The translations under genes and the position numbers were made by a program. A model generated the notes under the pieces. It was not told where the DNA came from, ran no database searches, and worked only from the letters and a program-made list of their open reading frames with translations. DNA of 64,000 bases from Epiperipatus broadwayi (taxonomy: Eukaryota > Animalia > Onychophora): assembly GCA_028023455.1 (NCBI GenBank), contig JAQFVV010000011.1:3534001-3598000 (forward strand), read 5' to 3'. Positions 39,629-53,150 of this stretch are shown here, in pieces (within the stretch, counting starts at the first letter, position 1; every line of letters starts with the position of its first letter).

Positions 39629-39745
39629 TTTTTTTTTTTTTTTTCATATGTCATAGCATCTGCCGGGACGCGAACCCACACCCGTCTGCAACCAACTACT
39701 TGCTTGCATGGCGGTTGCAATACCTCTCGGCTAACAACGCAAGAC
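39629..39745 (-). mobile_element. tRNA-derived SINE
   Basis: Near-identical to the 18.9-kb copy; TSD tatatttttagttt / tatatttctagttt. Confidence 0.9.
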
Positions 39746-40623
39746 TATATTTCTAGTTTTAAAATAACATTTGTTTGTTTTTGTTTTTTTCAAAACTTTT
39801 TATAGAAACATAATAGACCAGACTATTTTTTGTTAAAGTCAGTAATAATTTTAAGCATTTCCACTTAAAATAATATATTCAAAAAGGATAATAAAGGAAA
39901 AATAAAATATATGTGATTTTAATATAAATCAATTTTTTTATTATATATATATATATAATCAAGCATGGTACTCAGTGAAAAAAAATGGCTTCTCAAATAT
40001 CATAAAATTTGCAAATTTTAATATTTTTATTTGTTTATTTATATATTTTGTATTTTTTAACATTTTTTTTGATAGCATGTAACTGAAGTCATATAGATAG
40101 CTACAGTGTAATTCATGGTTCCATTGTATATATTCAAGTTTTTTTGGTTCTTATCAGTTTATCCCTTATTTCAACTCTTTTATAGGTCAACCATCCACTA
40201 TGGGGAAAATTCATGCCATTCTCTTTCACTAAGTCTACATTTAATAAACAACTCTTTATCAGGTGTTGCTAAAAGTATTGAACAATATATATAATTTTTA
40301 TTTATGAGTTTAGCAAAAATGCAAGAATAGAAAACTACATTAGTTTATATCACCATTATCATTATATCCAATAACTTTGGCCAAAATTTACTATTCTTAT
40401 TAATATGGAATTTTTGAATATAATATTGGGATACTTTGAATTTACATAATTTGTTAACAATTTAAAGAAATGTAAATTTCTATTGCTAGAAGATTGACAG
40501 CATACAAGATAGCTAAAAATATCCATTATCTGAAGTTATACAAAAAAATGACTCATCAGTTCATATATTTTAATTAAAAAGCTAATATAACTATTCAATT
40601 TTCCCAGCCTTTTTGTAAAATGA

Positions 40624-40970
40624 CTGAAATACAGGCTTATTATATACTTGTATCAATATATGTAATATATAGGGTATATGAGCACAGACATTCTTCACAC
40701 GACCCACCATTCTCCACTCTATCTTATAACAATAATACACTTGAACACATATATGTCGAAAATATAAATAATCACCAATATACATATTTCATGCTAAACC
40801 AGCAATCATCAGTTGATCCAGATTATTATCTCCACACATATATGCAATAAGTGCTCAGATATATATTAAGATAGCCAATCTTCATACTTTAATGGACAGG
40901 CCTCAATCCACTCCACACTCCAACTCTTCAACTATCCATCTAATTGAAAATCTGATGGTGGAATGCTCAA
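40624..40970 (-). mobile_element. Family A HHR repeat, single arm with 5' extension
   Basis: Minus atcaa CTGATGA ttgctggtttagcat GAAA tatgta TA ttggt (40787-40812); upstream gaagagttggagtgtggag shared with the 10.9 and 62.4 kb copies. Confidence 0.85.
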
Positions 40971-42039
40971 AGACCACCCTGAGGTTGAGATTCTCATCAC
41001 ACCCATGTTGACTTAAAGTCAATCTGATCCCTCATGTACAGGACATAATCCATTTAATACATATATGAAGGATGAGCAGACATCTCTACTATGAAAGAAA
41101 ACTTACAAGGATAAACAAGTATTTACTAATACACAAATAAGAAAACTATATGAATCAACTATAGAAATCTAAAATATGTTAAATGCAATACAATATTTAA
41201 AGTGAGATTTTTTCACAGCTGTATGCAAATGTGTCAATAATATGAATACATTTCTTTTATCATATTAATCAACATATGGAAATGCAAAATGATGTTTAAG
41301 TTTTATTTATGTATTTTTTGCTTGATCACAATAATTTGATTATCTAGATTATTTTAGAGCCATAACATGTGATCCAGGCTATTGTTTAACATGCATACAC
41401 ACATATAATATATATATATTCGATGTCATCTATACAATTCCATCTTTAATCTATCATCTTATTTAAATATATAAAATAATAATAAAATATCTGGCTTCAA
41501 TTTTAATTATAAATTTATATACAGCTGTCAAAACTTTACCATTATGGTTGATGAATCTAATCTCATCAGACAAGCTTCTCTTGAGACTTGATATTTTGTG
41601 TGGTAATCTGTCTTGTGGATGAAAACTGACATATAAGATTTTATTTAATCATTGTTTTTTTATCATAAATAATGATTACCTGATAATATAAATCAAATAT
41701 TAAAAAAAAAAAATTAAGTAGCTGAAAAATTTGCAATTACAAAGTTGATAGGTTATGAAAAAGATAGAATATTATTTGTATTATCATATAAAGTAAGGTA
41801 AAATTTATTTAATAAAAGCTTATTTATCAAAGAATAATAAATAAATAATAAAAGACAATATTTGTCAGAATAATATGAAAATAAAATGTTCGTAAAAGGT
41901 TGTCAATTTTTTTTTTAGATTAATAAATTAATGATTATATAAGCATAAATAATTGAATTCAATACCTTGAGGCACCTAATGACAACTAAACAACAGAATA
42001 TTGTTAGCATGACAGCTGGTTTTAAGCCAATAAACATCA

Positions 42040-42280
42040 CATGTTAAATAGAGATCAAAGATGGCTGCTGGAGGGTTGAATTAGATTCTAAGATCTAGGT
42101 GCAGTGCTCTCAGATCCAAGGCTCTCCACTGATGAAGGCCATAAGCCAGAAACTAGTCTGGGGATATTGGATGAGTAGGCACTAGATGAGGATTTCATGC
42201 ATAATCCTTCTGGCATCCATTGATTACTCTGGTTGACACAGGGTGGCACTACTGTATGGAGAGAGTTTTGCCTGTTTTTA
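42040..42280 (+). mobile_element. Family B HHR repeat
   Basis: atccaa ggct ctcca CTGATGA aggccataagcca GAAA ctag TC tgggg ata ttggat (42114-42172); ends gtggcactactgtatggagagagttttgcctgtttt. Confidence 0.85.
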
Positions 42281-42678
42281 TGAAAGCTGGTGTGATGTCA
42301 TTTTACTTAGTTATATATTGGACAACTTCCACCATCTAATTGAATTGCTAAATGTTTTTTTGAAAAATTCTAACTCTATTTATTATTTTCCAAGAATATC
42401 CAACATACAGGTTCATATAGAATACTGTAGTTTAAATAGTATTATTTGCCTTCTTCTTCAGACATTTTTGGATGACCAATGAATGTTTATCACAGGAATT
42501 GAAACAGGAACTTTTAGTTTTATAAACCTTAAATTTAATGTGATGCTCTAACTAATTTTAGCAGAATAACCTACTTGGTTACAGTACCATTATAAATTTA
42601 GTATTCACATTAGTAAAGATTACCTGTTTAGTTTTTATGCTACACTATTGCTTGTCAATCCAGTAACATCTAAGGTGG

Positions 42679-43067
42679 CAAAACTCTTCATACAGTAGTG
42701 CCACCCAGTGCCAACCAGAGTAACCAATGAATTCCAGGTTTGTGCATAAAATTCCCATCTAGTGCCTACTCATCCAATATCCCCAGACTAGTTTCTGGCT
42801 TGTGGCCTTCGTCAGTGAGGAGCCTTGGATCTGAGAGCACTTCACATAGATCTTAGGATCCAATGCAACCCTCCTGCAGCCACATTTTATCTCTACTTAA
42901 CTACAAAACTATGAGAATAAAATTGAAAACACAATATTTTCAATCTAAGCTTATATAGTCATACGAGTCTGGTTGGCACTGGGTGGCACTACTGTATGGA
43001 GAGTTTTTCCTGTTTTAATAAATTATGTGCTAGCATAAGACATGATGATCATGTGATGTTTAGTGCT
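42679..43067. mobile_element. Family B head-to-head pair (full minus arm plus short plus arm) with 16-bp TSD
   Basis: Minus cctca CTGACGA aggccacaagcca GAAA ctag TC tgggg (42781-42820); TSD gtaacatctaa(g/a)gtgg at 42663-42678 and 43068-43083. Confidence 0.85.
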
Positions 43068-44191
43068 GTAACATCTAAAGTGGAGATATAATACTGCTTG
43101 AAAAATTCTATATTAAACTGTATATTATCACTACAGTTGAATGCATTTGGAAAAGTATAAATAAAATTTAAATTTTTCTAAAAACATTTAACAATTTAAC
43201 TAGGTAAAGACTTTAATCCAGTATGTAAGCATAAATAGAGTACTATGCCCAAGTTTACAATGATTATTGAAGAGAATCTACTATTGTCATTATCTTAATA
43301 AAATTAATTGCAACATCTCCACATTTAGGATTACACCAATAAATTGTAATAAAAGTACATCATTAATATGTGTGTACATGGAATACCATGCATACAGACA
43401 TTACATTCGAAATTCCATAAATAAGCAAATTCAACAATTTAATGCTCATTTAACATCTGCTCACCAAAAATAACATTGAACCATTGAAGTCCCTACAAAT
43501 TTGCTTTCTCACATAATCAATTAATGATCTTTTGGATTTTTAGGATCCATTTGTATGACTAGTCTAGTGTAGAAAACAAATGATTCTTTAAACATAATAT
43601 TTATAATTCCATTTATAGTACTGGTTTAGGTTTTTTGAAGTTACAACCAAGTCAATAAAAAATTATAAATATGATGTGCATGCATGTAATCGAAATGATG
43701 AAGAGTAAGTTTATAACTTTTGAAAAAATGTCTTAGCAATGTCTTAATGATGAACGCTATGAAAATCCTTAAATACCACCAGGAACTTTGTTAATAACTC
43801 TCAATGTAAATGCTTTGGAATTGAATGTTCAAATTTATTTTATATTCATGTTCCTACACAATGTGCATCTTCATACTAAACAAAAACTGTATTAACAATT
43901 TAAAGAATGTGTATTTTTTCAGGAGAGATATAAAACCTAAATCATTATTAATTAAAATCATATTATTCTCATCTATTATCAATTTGTCAAGATCTTTTTA
44001 AATTTAAACCAGTTTCTCCAACATATAGCTTCTCTCCTCCACATCTTACCAATAAACTTCATTTCATTAATCTATTTTACTTGTCATCTTTGTCCAAGAC
44101 TTATACTATCTCTTAGCATCCATTTAAAGATTTCATGTGCCCATATGTGATTGTTTAATTAATTAATGTAATTTCTCTAATTATCATTTTG

Positions 44192-44660
44192 AAATACAGG
44201 CATTCTTATACCTGAAACTTAATTGTAAATATAGGGGATTTGAAAGTCTAAGCAACCTTAAACTATCCACACTATCTCATACTACTGATACACAAGACCA
44301 CACACATGTAGAAAAGATAAATAATCACCAATATACATATTTCATGCTGAACCAGCACTCATTTGTTGGTCCAGATTATCATCTTCCATGCATATATATA
44401 TAATCAGTGCTCAGTTTATATTAAGATATCAAATTTAAAGTATAAATATTTTATATCTTAATATAAACTGAGCACTGATTATAAATATATGTGGGAGATG
44501 ATAATCTAGACCAACTGATGAGTGCTGATTCAGCACAAAATACATATATTGGTGATTATTGATCTTTTCTACATGTGTTCAGTCATGTGTAGCAGCAGCA
44601 TGAGATAGTGTGGATAGTTAAAGGTTGCTTGAAAGTCTGAGTTCAAATCCCCTATATTTA
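44192..44660. mobile_element. Family A HHR head-to-head palindrome with perfect 14-bp TSD
   Basis: taattatcattttg at 44178-44191 and 44661-44674; minus core CAAATGA..GAAA (44340-44365); plus core CTGATGA..AAAA (44515-44540). Confidence 0.92.
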
Positions 44661-46179
44661 TAATTATCATTTTGTAAATTTCTATAAATAAATAATTTTA
44701 AAAACGAAAATATTTTAAGATTTTGCTTTTTTAGTTGAGACATCATGAAATTTATTTAACAGCTTTATCTGAAGTGAGAGAAACAAATTATTTATAATGA
44801 GAATTAACATATAATTTTATTTTATTCTCTTGGCCCACCAGTATATCCCAGCATTCTACTTGATAAGCTTGGGTGGGAGCCAAAAGAATTTTGGGTGCTT
44901 CAAGTGAAGCATTAGAATTAATCTGAAGATTCTAGGCCCCACAAGTGGCATACAACCATAGTATCAATCAGGCAGAATCATTTATTTTTGTAAAATTATT
45001 TTATTACAATACGTATTGCCAATTTTATAACATTGGATAGTTTTTTCCCTACTGTATGCATTTCACAGTTAAAGCTAACCATGGTGTCTCTGTTTAAAGT
45101 ATTTTTTATGACATAAAAACATTTTCTAAAAAAAATAATAGTACAAATGTATTAGTTATAACTTCCAAAAAATAACAGGTGGAAAAAAACCCAGAAAGAG
45201 CTATTTTTTTCCACATGACTGAAAAATTACAATTAAGTTCAGTTTTTTAAAAAGATAAAGTATTTTACAATTACATTCTTTCCTGATACTTATATCGACT
45301 TGATATTCAACCTGATAAGCCAAAGAATGGATCTCGAAACCATACAACCTGGGAACAAATTAGTTAGCTGAATGATGATGAACTATGGAAAGCATGTATG
45401 GAAACAAAAACAGGTTCCATTTATACAAATAATGTTGTGATGTTTTTGATATGTAAACATTAATCGGTACATTTAGGTCAACAAAGTTTAACCATGGCTT
45501 TACATCAAATGAGCTTATTGGAAGCATTACAGTTATTTTTTCGCATTAAACTCTAGGGCAATGATCAAAATCCCCATTTGTAATTTTTCAGTCAATTATT
45601 TGGGTTATCTGTCTATTGGGTCAAAATATGATGGGTATAGAAGTGAACCATATAACACCTTAGTAGTTGCCTATTCTATCTGATGACTTTAATTTGAGAT
45701 GTCTTCTAATTCATCATCTAATTCTATGTATACCCCAAGGCTTGCCTATAATATAGAACATATTCATTGAGATTGTCTTCATAATTCTCTCAGGTGAATG
45801 TTGAAATACATTTTGATCATAAAAATCACAATCAAAGTATTAACTTTACCCTTGTTAAGAAGCATAAATTCTACAGGTTCTCAGTACAAATATGCATTTC
45901 TGTTTGAATTCAGTTTTTTTTAAATAAAAAATTTACACATATAGCAATAATAGTAATTATAAATTTCATTGCTTTATCTCTAAAGAAATGTAATAAACAA
46001 ATACACAGGACATATAGAGCAAAGCTTTAATTATGCTAATTTAAGCATGGCATGCTTATCATGTTTCAGCTTAACTTTTCTAAGTTGAAAGCATGCTAAG
46101 CACATCATGCTTAATTAATGCTATTATAGCATGGCTTTATACATCCTGCATATTTGTTTTATTATATATAGCTATAGGG

Positions 46180-46650
46180 CAGGGGTGGCCAACTTTTGTG
46201 TTTATAAGATCTACTTTTTATTTCAAAAATGTATTGCGATCGACTTGTTGTCATAGGCGTAGTTTAAGTGGAGGGAGATGTAAAATACATACTATATTTA
46301 TATATCTACCTAATAAAAAATAACAATTACTTAACGGGCCAAAAAACTCATATCTGGGGGAATTAAAGCAACATGAGTAATTATTAACAATATTTATTAA
46401 TTCAAATTAGCTACATTAAGTCAAGATTAAAAATATTACTTTCAATAATGATACAACTTAGTGGATTTCACCTATCTAGGATTGAAAAAAAAATTAGAAC
46501 AAAAATAAAAATAACAAAAAAAACTTGAAAATCTTGACTTAATTTGTTTCACTCGTTACCCAACAGCTCTTGCCAGATTGACCTTGCGATCGACCAAAAT
46601 TGGCTTTGCGATCGACCGGTGGATCACGTTCGACTTGTTGGCCACTCCTG
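46180..46650. mobile_element. hAT-type MITE
   Basis: TIRs CAGGGGTGGCCAAC / GTTGGCCACTCCTG; 8-bp TSD ctataggg / ctataggc. Confidence 0.9.
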
Positions 46651-47075
46651 CTATAGGCGATTCAAACTCTGACTTTCACATGACCCTCTACTCTCCATGC
46701 CATCTCATATTGCTGAGCCATCTGATCACACCCATGTTGAAAAGATCACTGAATATCACATGATCATAATCTCTTATGCTAGCACATAACTGTTATTAAA
46801 CAGGCAAAACTCTCCATACAGTAGTGCCACTAGATGGGGATTTTATGCACAAGCCTTCTGGCATCCATTGATTACTCTGATTTGCACAGGGGGGCACTGT
46901 TGTGTTGAAAAGATATGTATATTGGTGATTATTTATCTTTCAATATGTGTATGATCAGGTGGCTCAGCAATATGAGATGGCATGGAGAGTTGAGGGTCAT
47001 GTGAAAGTCTGAATTCAAGTCCCTTATATATTACTTTATATGTGCAAGTGTATGTAAGCCTGTACAGTGTATTAC
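46651..47075. mobile_element. Family A2 inverted 3' halves enclosing family B fragments; 16-bp TSD
   Basis: Arms ccatctcatattgctgagcca / tggctcagcaatatgagatgg; family B pieces at 46755-46900; attatatatagctata at 46161-46176 and 47076-47091. Confidence 0.8.
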
Positions 47076-48415
47076 ATTATATATAGCTATAATAAAGTGG
47101 TAATAAATAGTTTATTGCTCAATAAAGACCTTTACAGTATCATCTTACAGTCAAACATTAAACAAGACATTACTCACAAGCTAGTTAATGGTTAGAAGGA
47201 ATTTTTTAATCCCTTGTTTTACATTTTAACTAACTAGATTTTCATTTATAACTAATAACTGGATTTACACAAATGTTGTCTATAGACCAGTTATGTCAGA
47301 AAAAAAGTTGCTTGAAGATCTTTACTTAGTTTTAAAAATATCCAAATCCCATCTGTATTTGAACATAGTTTACAAATATAGCAAATGGATACAACAGTCC
47401 TCTTATATATAAACTATGTAATAAATAAATATCAGTTTAAATAATATGTAATAAAACAAAATCGTATGAATAACTTTACAATTTTTAATACAATGATAAA
47501 TAAATAAAAGTTACATACACAATTGTCATCCTAAGTAGTATTTACAGTTAAATTTCTTTAAAAACCAGTCTCATTAAAATCACACATTATTAATATGAAT
47601 GGTCAATCTTTCATTGTTTGTTGATGTGCACAACTTATGATCAATAGCTAACTATAATTTTTATTGATTTATTGGCATATTGAAAATTGTAGATATATGT
47701 TTAAGGTTTTATTTTATTATATGCATACACACACATTTAAAAATAACATTAAAAAAGAAAACCAATTCAGAAAATATCTAATTATATAGGGAGCTGCCTG
47801 GACTATTACTTCTATATTAATCTAATTAATTTGTAACTGATGCTGCATTTAATTCAATTAAAAATTAATTAAAAAATTTTTATTTATTAAAATCAGAACT
47901 AGAATTAGAGCTCTCAGTAGTAACTATTTTCAACTATAGATAAATTAATATTTATTAAAATTCTCAGCAGAAATTGAATGGCAAAAACCAGACTCAAAAT
48001 GAGTAAGTGTGCATGTTACTACTTGCTTGAGAAATTTTGCTATTGTAGTTCCCTTATTAATTAATAGTACTTGGTAATTATCAACTGACTTTATTTTATT
48101 GTTAAAAGGAGGTTGCCTTAACAACAGTTTGAAATTGTTGATTGTTATTGATATCGGGATTGTCTAAGTCTTGATTGGTTTTGATGATTATATATATAGA
48201 AGTTTCTTGTAAAAATGATTTTTACATTCACAGTTTTAACTTTACTTATGTAATTAATAGTTTTTAATTCATGAGTAATTAAAACTATGAATATGAAAAT
48301 CATGAATACAAGAAACTTATATACATATATAAAGTTCGGTGATAATTATCAAATACTATTAATTAAGAATCGAAGTGCCATTTAGCTTTTTATTAACATC
48401 TAAAATGTAGTAGTA

Positions 48416-48595
48416 AACTCTCCATACAGTAGTGCCACCCAGTTGAAGCCTCAGTAATATAATGTAAGAAGGTTTAGCTAGTGCCTATTCTTCCAACAGC
48501 ACCAGATTAGTTCCTAGCTTGTGGCTTCTATTAGTGTGGAGCCTTGGATCTGAGAGTGCTGCACATTGATCTAGGATGTAATGCAAGCTTCTTGC
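48416..48595 (-). mobile_element. Old family B copy with decayed HHR
   Basis: aaactctccatacagtagtgccacccag ... gcttgtggcttctattagtgtggagccttggatctgagagtgc. Confidence 0.75.
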
Positions 48596-51500
48596 ATCCG
48601 TAGAGTCTTGCACTGTGAGGCATTACCGTAAGAAGGGTTTACTATAGTTTTAATAACTTGTTTATACATAGAAAATAGTGATAATGGAATGTTTAATGAT
48701 TTGCATATTTGAGCTCTAGAATTCAACATCATCTCACTGCTTTAAATGGGAACATACATTATTGCATGCACTGCAGTTTATTATTAATGATCCAGGTATT
48801 CAAATGTGAATGTTTAAGAAGTGCAAATAATTATGCACTCATTATTTGAAGGGTTTAAGGCAATGGTAGAAGTGCAGACCCTGGAGTTAGAGGGCAATGG
48901 ATCAGGCTCTGCTCTGTCATTTCCGGTGCTCGAATTTCTTAAGAATTTCCACCTCAAAAATTATTCGATTATTTTTATTTAATGCTGAAATAAATTTATG
49001 ATATATGAATGTAGTTTTTATATGATATTAAAGTTTTACATTCTAGTAGAAATAAGTTAATGAAAAATCATTTTTAAAATCCCATCTAACTTTATTGAAT
49101 GTTGCAGTCAGTATTTGCCAAAATAAATGGCACATTTATAACAGGAATATGTGACAGGTTTATAATAATCAAAGTAAAGCTTAGGTAATGTAGGATTTAT
49201 TGAAACAATGGCTAAGGAAACTATTAAGCTATAGCGAGTAACAACAGAGATTTTCCGAGAGAATACAAATGATATTTAATCAAGTTTGGGATTTCTAAGA
49301 GCTCCCTGGAACTGTCACTGGTTATAACAGACTCATAAATTCAACAAAGCTAATTTCTTCTACGTCTTATATTGCTTTTTTTCTCCCGATCTCTTAAATG
49401 ATAGATGACTTCTTGTAATTTTAAAATTGATCTAAATTCTAAATAAATATCTGTTGTTTTCATTTCCTTTTAACACTTATATAATAATTAATTATAATTT
49501 TATTACTTCAATGTAAAATAAAAATTAACTTGCCTTAGATTCGGCGATAATTAAATTAAACTAAAGCAGATGTGTTGTTCTTAGTTTTAAAATTAGCCAA
49601 CTTTTTCTAAACGTGATTTTTAAAATCTTTCTTATATTTTTAAGTTTAATTAATTAATTACAAATAATTAAGAACATATTCACATGCATAAAGCTATAAT
49701 GTAATAAGATTTTAAAAATAGAGAATATTTTAAAAAGGACTGGGAGAGAAATTTGGATTATTAATATTGATTTTCATATTGATAATATAACGTTTATTAG
49801 TAACAAACGAGAACTTAAAAACAAATAAATAAAACGTTATAGCTTAACATACCTTCAACTAATGAATTTTCCAGATTCAATCTTATTTTAATCGGATTCA
49901 GCATTCATCCCTAAAAATCATTGGATATACAGTATAGAGATAAAATATAGTCAATAGCAGAAACACGTCAATCGGTAATGATGCTCAATGAATCTGATTG
50001 CTCTCAGTTATGGAAGAGATCTCGCAAATTGGTAGTCCATTAGGAGATAAAGTCAGATAACAACAAATAATCTCAGAGTGGAACTGCAATATGAACAGTG
50101 TTCATTATATTGTTAAAACAGCGAAACAAGTTCGCAGTGAACTAACAACTAAGTACTAGATAGTTAGTCTGACTTGAAACAAGATGTCATGATACAGCTA
50201 GATGTGTCTTGATATCTACACACAATGCAAGCTGCCAATGTCCAGCTGTTAGTGTTAGGCAACTGAGCATTTAAAGTCCCTTACTTTAATAGTCATATGG
50301 CAGTTATATGATATCTAGACAATTGTATTAGGTGAATAGTATATAAAATATTATTGCAGACATATAAAAATAAATTACAATATATGTATATACCATAGAT
50401 AATATGTAATAAAATATATTTCACAAAAGTATGTAGATAATTATCAACTATCACAGTAATAATTTTTTGGTATAAAACAATATTTATTACTTTGCTAAGC
50501 CAGGTTTTCCATACAGCCTATCTTTGTCAAAGCATGACTAAAGTGAATATTAGCAAATACATTAACATATTTGCTTCCATATATATTAAACTAGTCACTG
50601 ATTTGCATATTTATATAAGTAAATTGACCTAGAAGTTGACTAGGTCATTGGATTAAATGACCAATGCTTGCTAAGACAAATACTCCTATATTTACTGAGT
50701 TATTAAGTTAATTATGTGCCAAGCTTTTTTTACTTTTCATTTTCTGTTATTATTTTTAGGCAAATAATTTTAGGGTCAGCGTGTTTAAAGAAATGACCAG
50801 ATTTTTTCTCATTGTCTACAAATACTGAGTTTTAAGAGCCAATCATCATCATTAATCTTATCTTTGGAATTGTTAATAAGCCTATTTGGTGATAATGTGC
50901 ATCTAAAACCAATATTAAAATCCTTCTGCACAATTGAACTATTTTTAAATGCATATTAGAGATGTAAGACATATCAATTCACAGCTTAGAATTAGAAGTT
51001 CTAACAATTTTATGCCAATTATTAAATTTTCTTATCTGTTTGTCAAGCATGACCCTAGAATAATGAACTTTAATTAAATCTTTTTTTTAACATACTAAAT
51101 TATTTTTTCTCTCAGCTTCAATCTTACAAAGCTTTGCCATTTTATATTGAAGTGGAATCTTTAAGTGTGGATGCAGATAAGCCCAAACACTATGAGGTTT
51201 TACAATCATTAAATAATCAATAGTACAATTCTGTCTTGTCAATCTCAAGTCCAGAAATTTGATAGATTGATTATTGTCCTCCTCTTCTATTATCCATTTA
51301 AGTTAGGACATGGCTTCAATTTGTTAAACATTTCTTGAATAAGTTTAGAGGGATCACAAACAAAGACATCCACATATAAGGGATTGAATAACATCTCTTT
51401 TGATGAAAGCTACTGCTGAGCTATATATCATGCCACTAATAGACAATACCATGTAAATACATGTTATACATAAGTTGAACAAATATTTGATTGTACTTAA

Positions 51501-51629
51501 ATGACCCTGGATTTAGCAGATTCAGAACAGGATCTTACACCCATGGATTATTTATATCTTTGTCATTAGCTACAAAAAATTGGCAGCTAACATTGTGAGA
51601 AGTTTCTTGGGTTTGGCTGGAAAAAATAT

Positions 51630-53150
51630 CAAAATAGCTCAAATTGGCTAATTAGAAGAGTTTGATCCAGGTTATCCAGAAAATTGACTAACCTACATGG
51701 ATCAAATGTTTTGCAAGCTAATCAAATTAAGCCTAAATTAAAATTAGCAACATTTGTAATGAATTATGGTGCACAGGCATACAAAATTTTGTGATCACAA
51801 ATAATTCTGTTCCTTTCTGCTAAGCTTGAATTTTACAAATCTCTATCTATGCTGTCAGTGTTTTTTTGTCCAAAACCATAATGATAATCCAAAGATATCA
51901 CTTCAAACTCTGTTCACAGGGGGAGGGAGGAGGAATGAAAGATTTTATTGATATGCTCGAGAAGCTTGCATTTAGCTGTGAGTTCAGGTTTTTTTTAAAT
52001 GAAGTAAAAGATTATTGCATTGGCTGAATATGGGATCATGGCTCAGGATCAATTATTAATGAATCTAAATACCACTTTTGAAATCAAAGTATTTCAAGCA
52101 ACTCTGGCATAATCTACAGCAACTTAGATCATTTCAAAAGTAGTCTCAATCACTTGGAAAACTGAACTGTCTAAAAAAAATTCCAATCAAAATAAGCTTA
52201 AGGGATTTGCTACTGATGATAGTTTGTGACAGACATGACAAACCAAAACATATACAAAGCATGTCTGTCGTATAGAAGGAATTTAATTTAAAAACAAAAA
52301 AGCAAGTCACTCAGAAAAAAATGGATCAATCCATTTTAAAAAGCCAGAAGAGTGATGTAAATTCAAATAAAACCAATGACTTTATAAATAAAGTGAGATA
52401 TATTGATTCAGCCTTCAAAGATAGAATTATTATTAATGATATACCTATAACAATGAAATTGGAGACTGGGTCTGCAGTGTCCATTGTACCAAACATGTGG
52501 GATATCATTAATAGAAAAAATAATTGTCACCCGCATCCTAGCAGTAGAGTGATTGCAGGTTATCAAGGCAATTAAATACCACTCTCAGGTCAAGCAAGAA
52601 TTAAAGTTACTATGCCTTATAAAACATTTCATTTGCTTCTTGTTGTGTCAGCTGGTAACCCATGACTGGTTCAGTAATTTGGGCTTTACGTTGATGAGAA
52701 TGAACCAACTCACAATTACAATAAAAAAGGTTTTATATGGATGTAATTAATAATAAACTAGGTTTGAATCTTAGGACAAACTAGTCAATCCTTAGGCCTA
52801 ATCAGCTTAGCCAGAAAAACAAAGTGTTAAAATGTGGATAGGTTTTAGCAATTGTGATCAAATTAAAATGATTGCAAACAGTGGGTGTACAAGCAGCAAA
52901 TGAACAGAACACCTCAGGCATAAAGACAATCTCAAATTGAACTATGGGTCACCATCCAGCAGTAAGAGTCTACAAACTGCTAATAAAGGCACCAGACATA
53001 CAAATGAAAATATAGATCTGCTGATAAAGATGTCACACCTGTTAATAAAGACACTGAACCTAGTGATAATAGAAACAGACCTAAAGAATCCAGGAAGTGA
53101 CAAAGATGTCAACCAATACCAATACATCAGTGACTACAATGTCCAAGGCT
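51630..53150 (+). mobile_element. Decayed Ty3/Gypsy gag-protease relic
   Basis: IG*LEEFDP..., QANQIKPKLKLATFVMNYGAQAYKIL, QGEGGGMKDFIDMLEKLAFSCEF, protease-like MKLETGSAVSIV and GYQGN*IPLSGQARIKV. Confidence 0.75.
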
